Source: Blastocystis sp. Blastoise
Lineage: Eukaryota > Protista > Bigyra: Opalinata
NCBI GenBank assembly: GCA_039096225.1
Contig: JBBPEB010000003.1
Span: 1,240,001-1,304,000, forward strand
Length of the DNA stretch: 64,000 nt
Direction: 5' to 3'
The translations under genes were made by a program, and so were the position numbers. Of this stretch, positions 45,387-64,000 are shown piece by piece. The notes under the pieces were generated by a model. The model ran no database searches and was not told where the DNA came from. It was given only the letters and a program-made list of their open reading frames with translations. Positions within the stretch are counted from its first letter, which is position 1; each line of letters begins with the position of its first letter.

Positions 45387-46657
45387 ATGATTCGTTCTTT
45401 ATTCTCTTTGACAGCTACAAGAGTTCCTCAAGCTATAAAAGCATTTAGTTGTTGTAATGCAGTTCAAAGTAATTATGCAAAGTTTATGACACCAAGATTA
45501 TTTGCTTCTGAAGCAGAAACAGTTTCATTACCTTCTAATCTTAGTGTTGATAATGCAGAAATTTTTGTTAGAAAAGAAGAAAAAGTAATGGATCCTTCAA
45601 TGGTAAATGTTAAAGAAATGGATGTTTTACCGTTATTTAATCCTAATTACTCTGGAGAAACTAAGGTTATTTTAAACAATGAGATATTTGGTGTTCCCGT
45701 TCGTGAAGATATTATTCATCGTGTTATTGTTTGGCAATTAGCTAAAAAAAGAGCGGGTAATCATAAAACAAAATCAAGAAGTGAAGTTTCAGGAAGTAAT
45801 AGAAAAATACTTCAACAAAAAGGAAGTGGTAATGCCAGAGCTGGCCAATTTAGGTATATATATAATATTTTTTTTAATAATATTAACTCTATATATTTCA
45901 TATGTTTTTTATAATAATAACTATATATATATATATAGATCTAATATTCGTCGTCATGGTTATAAAGCTATGGGTGCACATTTAAGAGATTATGATTATA
46001 CACTTCCTTATAGAGGTATATAAAGGTTATTATTATATTTATTATATTTATTATATTTATTATGTTTATTATGTTTATTATGTTTATTATACTTATTATA
46101 CTTATTAATATTATACTTATTAATAATAATATATGTATATATATAGTTCGTGCATTAGGTCTTCGATGTGCTTTAAGCAGCAAATGGAGTGAAGGTCTTT
46201 TAACTATTATTTCGGATACTGATGTAGCTGTATATATATATTATATTCTATATTCTATATATTATATTCTATATTTTCTATATTCTATATATTTTCTATT
46301 TTCTATATTCTATATATTATATATAGACTCCTAAATCAAAGGATATAGTAAGTATATTAACTAAAGCAGGTCTCATTGAACATGAATTCTCTAAAACACC
46401 TTGTCTTATTATTGATGGTATATACTATATATTATATAGTATATATTATGTTTTATATATCATATTATATATTATATATTATATATATAGGACCTGAAAA
46501 GAATGATAATTTCACATTTGCTACACAAAATGTTCCTGTAATTAATTATTTACCTTGCCAAGGTATGAATGTATTTGATATTATTAAAAATAAACATTTA
46601 ATAATAACTAAAAAAGGATTAGAAGCTATTAACAAACGTTTAGAACCTTATTTATAA
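45387..46657 (+). CDS. MRPL4: Mitochondrial ribosomal protein uL4m
   Basis: Presequence-like N-terminus (MIRSLFSLTATRV...), IFGVPVREDIIHRVIVWQLAKKRAGNHKTKSRSEVSGSNRKILQQKGSGNARAG, RALGLRCALS and GMNVFDIIK; four introns. Confidence 0.92.
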
Positions 46658-47265
46658 ATATAAATATATATGTATATATAATTATTAATGGATTCTTTTA
46701 TTTTCTAATTTGTCTTCTCTTTCTATATTATTTTCAATAATATGAATCATGTTCTTTTTTCTCTTTTTATCATATATATATATATATATATTATTTATAT
46801 AAACATGTATTTCTATCTATTGGGTTCTTCTCTTAAAGAAAAAAATAGTCTAATTATTACATATCATTATCAACTTATTGCTGGATATGTCTTCTTTTAT
46901 TATTTATATATTGTATTTCAATTCATACAAATCGTTCTATTATAAGAACACAACCTAGTACTTCATTTATTGACAATTTCTATACATGACTTCTCTTTTT
47001 TTTTAAATCAGAGAAACCAATTTTATTCCATGTTTTTCGATTCCCTTGATTATAGTGGATAAATAAGTAGATTATTTTAACTCATCGTTTCTTTCGGGAA
47101 ATGACACGTCTCTAAATACAATTACTCATCCAATGACTTATTCAATTAAGTAATATAAATATAATAGTATTCTCTTTCGTTCCATAATTCTCTTATTTCA
47201 TGGTATGCGTCATCAATACATTCCTTATTGTTGTGTTTTCACATTACCATTCAAATTACAAAATA

Positions 47266-48561
47266 TAGAGATTTACAAAAAACCGTATATGAATATATCA
47301 CCGCTTTTTTTTTGAGAAAACCGTATATACGGTTTTTTCATTTCTCAGTCAAAATTCCATATTCGGTTTTAAAACCGTATATGAATTTTATTTTACTTAT
47401 ATAAAGTCAAATATTAATTTTTTAAAATTGTTTTTTGTTTTATAAGTGTTATATCAGGCTTATTCATATATTTAAGTTATTTCTTGATATTCTTTTAGAA
47501 ATATTTTATTATTAATTAGATTATATAGACAATAAAGAGATTTAAGCTTAATCTAGTCATATTACAAACATATAATAACTGTTTCTGATAATCTCAAGCA
47601 AGTTATGGGTAGATTAAACTCTATTGATAGTAATCACTTTTTGTCCATTTTGATTGAATCAGTTAATTGTTCTTATTCAATACTCTAATCTGCGTTTATC
47701 AATATAAAATGAAGTAACTTCTTTTGGAAATACAATGAATCCGTGACTATAACATTTTTTTACATTATCGGCTATATTTGACTCTATATTATAAATAATT
47801 ACATAATATGATATATATCATCACTTCTCAATGTATTTTATAATATTATTATAATTTCATTGAAATTTATCTATCATAAAATGAATGATGTTTTTTATTC
47901 TCTTAAATACTAGTTATAGCTATATTAAAAGCATGAAATATTTATATAGAGAGATATAAAGTATAAATGAATCATTACTACTATTAATGAGTCAAATAAA
48001 AATAGAATCAATGTACAATTAGTGAAAATGTAATATCAGTTATAATTTATGATATGTAATTATTTATGAAGATGTTGACATGATAGAGCACATTAATCTG
48101 AAAGATATTAAAAACATTTCACAGAATATGTAGTTTTTTAAAGCTCATCAAATGTTGATTATATTAGTTTATTGTGTATTAAATAGCATTTATAGTAAAG
48201 GAGAAATATTATAGTATAAAAAATATCAAATTAAATAATTAATTGCTTATAAAATAGTACTTATATCATGAGTATTTCAACAATATTAGTTTTTACATAT
48301 ATACATAACATAATTAACATTATCATAATATAGTAAACAATAAATTCGAAGATACTTTGTGAACAATGTCAACAAATGGAATTGTTTCTTTTTTTTCTAA
48401 GTTTCTTTCTATTACAACTATAATTCTTATGAATATACATAATTAATAAACAATAAAAAAAAAACATTAAAAGAGATATAAGTAAAATAAAAAACCGTAT
48501 ATACGGTTTTCTCAAAAAAAAACCGGTGATATATTCATATACGGTTTTTTGTAAATCTCTA
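47266..48561. mobile_element. Non-autonomous hAT-superfamily DNA transposon (1296 bp)
   Basis: 73-bp TIRs (47266-47338, 48489-48561) with one mismatch, TAGAG...CTCTA termini, perfect 8-bp TSD ACAAAATA (47258-47265, 48562-48569), repeated AAAACCGTATAT motifs, no internal ORF. Confidence 0.92.
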
Positions 48562-48638
48562 ACAAAATACACAAAAAAAAAAAATAAAACCCTATTTATT
48601 ATTATTTTTTTATTTATTGTTTTGTTATTAAAAAAGAA

Positions 48639-49616
48639 ATGAAATTTATATTATCTTTATTTTTAATTAGTGTAGCTCTCTCTTTAGCTCATAGTAATGC
48701 TTATTATCAAGCTCAATTTGGTGCTTATCTAGGTGCTCATCAAAAATCTTATGATGAAAGAGAATATAGATATCGTCAAAATGTTTTTGCTAAGAATTTA
48801 GATTATATTAATGAAGAAAATACCAAAGGACATTCTTATACTTTAGGTCTTACTCAATTTACTGATTTAACTAATGAAGAATTTAAAGCTAAAATCGCTA
48901 CTGGTCTTTTAAAAGATAATCTTAGAGCTAAGAAGGAACCTACTGTTTTACCTACTGATAATCTTCCTGAATCTGTTGATTGGAGAGAAAAGAATGCTGT
49001 TACTCCTATTAAGAATCAAGGTGAATGTGGTTCTTGTTGGGCTTTCTCTACTGTAGGTTCTATTGAAGGTGCTTATGCTGTTAAAACTGGTAAATTATAT
49101 AATCTTGCTGAACAACAACTTGTTGATTGTGATACTAGAGATCATGGTTGTTGGGGAGGTAAACAAACTTGGGCTTTTGGTGAACTTATGAATACTGATG
49201 GTATTTGTGAAACTTCTGAATATCCTTATAAAGCTGAAAGAGGTGAATGTCAAAAAGATAAAGTTACTCCTGTTGTTGCTATTCAAGATTATAATACTGT
49301 ACCTACTGAAAATGGACTTCAATTAAAGGCTGCTCTTGCTCGTGCTCCTGTTGCTGTTAGTATTTCTGCTGGTGATGAATTTATTCAACATTATACTGGT
49401 GGTGTTTTTGATAATGATGATTGCTTTAATATGCCTGATCATGCCGTCTTAGCTACTGGATATGGTATCTCTGAAGGTAAACCTTTTGTTTGGATTAAAA
49501 ACTCTTGGGGTGAAGATTGGGGTATGAAAGGTTATATGCAACTTGTTCTTGTTGAAGAAGGTGAAGGTGTTTGTGCTCTTAATGTTGATTGCTCTTATCC
49601 TATTGTTAAAGCTTAA
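48639..49616 (+). CDS. Papain-family (C1A) cathepsin L-like cysteine protease, intronless
   Basis: Signal peptide, ERFNIN-type propeptide, [29 protein letters not shown] and KNSWG. Confidence 0.96.
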   Translation: MKFILSLFLISVALSLAHSNAYYQAQFGAYLGAHQKSYDEREYRYRQNVFAKNLDYINEENTKGHSYTLGLTQFTDLTNEEFKAKIATGLLKDNLRAKKEPTVLPTDNLPESVDWREKNAVTPIKNQGECGSCWAFSTVGSIEGAYAVKTGKLYNLAEQQLVDCDTRDHGCWGGKQTWAFGELMNTDGICETSEYPYKAERGECQKDKVTPVVAIQDYNTVPTENGLQLKAALARAPVAVSISAGDEFIQHYTGGVFDNDDCFNMPDHAVLATGYGISEGKPFVWIKNSWGEDWGMKGYMQLVLVEEGEGVCALNVDCSYPIVKA

Positions 49617-50069
49617 AGAATGATAATTATTATTTATTTTTTTTTAATTTTTACTATAATTTATATTTTTATTCTTTAAAATAATTTTACATTGTATTCT
49701 TTGTATTTTTATTTCTTATTTAAATATAGAATAATATAATTAAATCGTCATATCTTAGTATTTCCAATTATTAATGGATCATTCACAAGATATTTTAATC
49801 ACTCTTTTTAATATTATTGTTTTGTTCATTGTATTCTATAAGGAATACATCTTTTGAATCGTTTTAAATAAATCACTTTTTTTTTGTGATCTACAATGGG
49901 GAAACTTTAAATTCCCGAAGTTATTTTGCTTTTTTATTATGAAAATTCTGAAATAATCATGAATGTAAAGGGAGACTTCTTTTTTGTATCTCATATCTTA
50001 GATCTCGAAATACAATACAACCCCTTTGAACGAAATGCTATTCTTTTTTTATTTGTGTAAATAAGAAAT

Positions 50070-53721
<3,652 letters not shown>

Positions 53722-54223
53722 TAAACAACCATTATTATATTATATATATAATATGATATTCTCGTTTTTCTTTGTTTTGTTTAATAAAAATATATTTTTT
53801 TGATTAAAAATGGATAATAAGCAGAATAAAAAGACTATTTTAATTGCTTTAAATAAAACTGGTAACAAATACTTAGTATTCCTGTTTTTATATACATATT
53901 GATAGAAAAGAATAAAAATTACAGTATTCTGTAGAATATAATGAAATAATTAATATCCTTAAATAGGGATTTTATTTACAAACAATACTAAACTCAATAA
54001 TATTATAAATAAATTTATTTCACATAAAGTAGTATATATAACATTAAATTTATTGAAAAAAAAATATTTTTTAAATAGCCACAAAATTAGGGTCATTTAA
54101 AAATAATAATATAATTTATTAAAAAAGTGATTACAATAGAAAAATTGAAAAGAAAAGAATTATAAATAATGCTAATTATATGTTATAATTATGAATAAAA
54201 ATTATATCTATAATTATAATAAT

Positions 54224-54260
<37 letters not shown>

Positions 54261-54489
54261 TACACATATTCATGAAATATGATAAAAGAAAAAAATAATA
54301 ATATAATATAAAATATAAATATAGAAATAAAGAGTGAAAAAGTATGTATGTATATAAATTGAAGGATATGTATGATTAATTTACTTATAGTACAGTTTAT
54401 ATAAATAATAATAATAATAATATTATATATATATTAAATATTATTCAAATGATATAAGATATGACATAAATAAATAATAATATATAATA

Positions 54490-61926
<7,437 letters not shown>

Positions 61927-62147
61927 GTATTTGTTTGATGGTTATTAAAACTTCGAAAACGACTAATAACAACACACAAATTTCTTTATAAAAAGAAATC
62001 AAAAATTTATATTATATGAATAAAGCGGATTTAATACGGAGGGTTTCATGATTATAAGCAATTATTCGCAACGTTTTCTTGAAACATTTGTTATTATTAT
62101 TTTTAAGATTTTTGAGTATAATAATTGTATTCATAGATTCATAAGAT

Positions 62148-63184
62148 ATGAGTTCAGGTGTATGTATAGGTATACAACAATTTCTAATGAGTTTATTGTA
62201 GTTTAATTGGGAAGATGTTCGTATGGACAAACAAAGAGATCATTATTTAGGTTGTTCAGTAAAGGCTCCTATAGGTTTCGCTAATAAAAGTATGTTGAAT
62301 ACTATTATTGATGCTAATTATTCATTTTTGTAATTATCTTTAGATAAAGATTTATTTTGGTATGCAAAAGAAAGAAAGAAGCCAACTCAAGAAGACTTGG
62401 AAATGATCAAGGTATGTTATTTGATGTGTTTGTTTATTAACTTTGAGAAATTAGTATTTTTTGAGTGATTTGTCATATTATGTAAGCAAAGGTTCTAAAT
62501 GTTGTATTTATATATAGAAGCAAGAAAAAATAGCATTATTAGAAGCACTTGGACTTCCTGTTCCTGATGAATTACGTGTACAGAAGAAATTAAATAATGA
62601 TGAAATGAAGATGCTTTTATCTCGTGAGAAAGGTACAGAAGATGACGGTGAACGTTTACAAGGACTTGGGTCTGCTCCTGTACCTCAATTTGATGTTGTT
62701 GACGAAGTATGTTGTTATTATTATTTATATATTATTCTATATATATAATAATAATTATTTATATATAATTATTTATATATAATTATTTATATATAATTAT
62801 TTATATATAATTATTTATATATAATTATTATTATTTATATTCAATATTATTTATATAAATTATACTTAATTCTCTTCTATATTATAATATATATAGCATC
62901 TAATAGAAAATCCTAAAAAGAAGACTTCCTCTTCTAATACCAAAAATATATCAAAAGAAGAGAATAAACAATCTTATAATACTACTAAAGCTTATAAATC
63001 ACATTCTAAATCAAGATCTATTTCTCGTTCTCCTTCTAAAACACAATCAATTACGCATAAACATTCTATACATCATCATGAACATTCTAGAGATCTGTCA
63101 TCGACGCGTCATCATCGACACAGTCGTCATCATCATCATCATTCCACATCAAGAGATTCATCTAGACATTTACATCATCATTAA
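62148..63184 (+). CDS. MMTAG2: Multiple myeloma tumor-associated protein 2 (C1orf35) homolog
   Basis: [25 protein letters not shown]...KDLFWYAKE...EALG signature; Ser/Arg/His-rich tail; three introns. Confidence 0.85.
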
Positions 63185-63247
63185 TATATACATATATATT
63201 TAAAAGATTATATTCTAAAACACAATTTTTTGTTTAGTTTCTTTCTT

Positions 63248-63453
63248 TTTTTAAATATATAAAACAATACATTTTTAATAAAACAATTATTTCAATTTTT
63301 AAATATATAAAACAATACATTTTTAATATAATAATTACTTTTTATTTTAAATATAAAAAACAAAACAATACATTTTTAATATAATAATTATTTTCTATTT
63401 TAAATATAAAAAACAAAACAATACAATTTTAATATAATAATTATTTTCTATTT
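63248..63453. repeat. ~50-bp minisatellite, 4 degenerate copies, between convergent genes
   Basis: Repeated TTTTAAATAT(A)..AAAACAATACATTTTTAATA core. Confidence 0.75.
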
Positions 63454-63691
63454 TTTTTTTACGATTCTCAAATAAAATAAATTTTGATTAATACATATAT
63501 ATTCAAATATACATATATTAATTCAATAAAACAATAATGATATATAAAAGATAATAAATATACAATTATAAAATAAAAAACAATAACAATAACAAAAAAA
63601 AGATATATAAATATTAAAAACAACTAAGAATATTCCATCTATATACTCAGCTCAATCTTAAATGGATTATATAAATTAAGTTTCAACAAAT

Positions 63692-64000
63692 TTAGTTCTT
63701 CTTTTCTTCTTCGATTTCGACAAGAAGATCACCAGTTTCCATCTTTTCACCCTTGACAGCAAGAATTCTCTTTAAAGTACCATTACAAGGAGCAGAGACG
63801 ATAGTTTCCATCTTAGCAGCCGATAAGATGACAAGAGATTGACCAGCTTTAACTTTTTGGCCAGGTTTACAAGTGATTTCAACAACAGCACCAGTCATAG
63901 GAGAACCAACAGATCCAGCTTTATCAGTAGCTTTTTCATTAACTTTAATAGTAACACCAGATTTAGTATCTTTAACAATAACAGATCTAGCTAAACCATT
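63692..64000 (-). CDS. PC: C-terminal biotin-carboxyl-carrier domain of pyruvate carboxylase (gene runs off the window)
   Basis: NGLARSVIVKD...EKATDKAGSVGSPMTGAVVEI...GQKVKAGQSLVILSAAKMETIVSAP...GDLLVEIE matches the pyruvate carboxylase C-terminus. Confidence 0.8.
   Translation of the reverse strand, partial: NGLARSVIVKDTKSGVTIKVNEKATDKAGSVGSPMTGAVVEITCKPGQKVKAGQSLVILSAAKMETIVSAPCNGTLKRILAVKGEKMETGDLLVEIEEEKKN

Noticed and set aside
48369-48572. 67-aa ORF at the hAT element end
   Set aside because: It translates the TIR and AT-rich sequence and has no transposase motifs.
63248-63453. Repeat array considered as CRISPR-like
   Set aside because: Degenerate AT-only tandem units with no unique spacers, no cas genes and a eukaryotic context.

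Overview
Very AT-rich, intron-dense genomic DNA from a eukaryotic microbe using the standard code. An anaerobic gut stramenopile such as a Blastocystis/Proteromonas relative is plausible from the gene content, but this is inference only. The window holds about 15 host protein-coding genes. Most are split by short GT-AG introns filled with (AT)n and (TAT)n microsatellites, so most short ORFs in the track are artefacts. The main result is an apparently intact 8.6-kb non-LTR retrotransposon of the restriction-like-endonuclease (RLE) type at 11982-20548 on the minus strand. It has one ~2570-aa ORF with RT, a CCHC knuckle and a PD-(D/E)xK nuclease. It is inserted inside a tRNA-Lys(UUU) gene at the start of the T-arm. 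The last 24 nt of the tRNA are duplicated exactly, so a complete tRNA is rebuilt upstream. The element's 29-nt 5' leader starts right after the discriminator base and supplies a replacement oligo-T terminator. Also found: a 1.3-kb non-autonomous hAT element (73-bp TIRs, 8-bp TSD), a 142-bp MITE (9-10-bp TSD), a probably domesticated hAT transposase gene, a MUS81-like gene with no nuclease domain, a multi-SPRY kinase with PINK1-like motifs, and a frame-independent excess of the palindrome CCGCGG in coding DNA. Exon boundaries were traced by eye and multi-exon gene ends are approximate.
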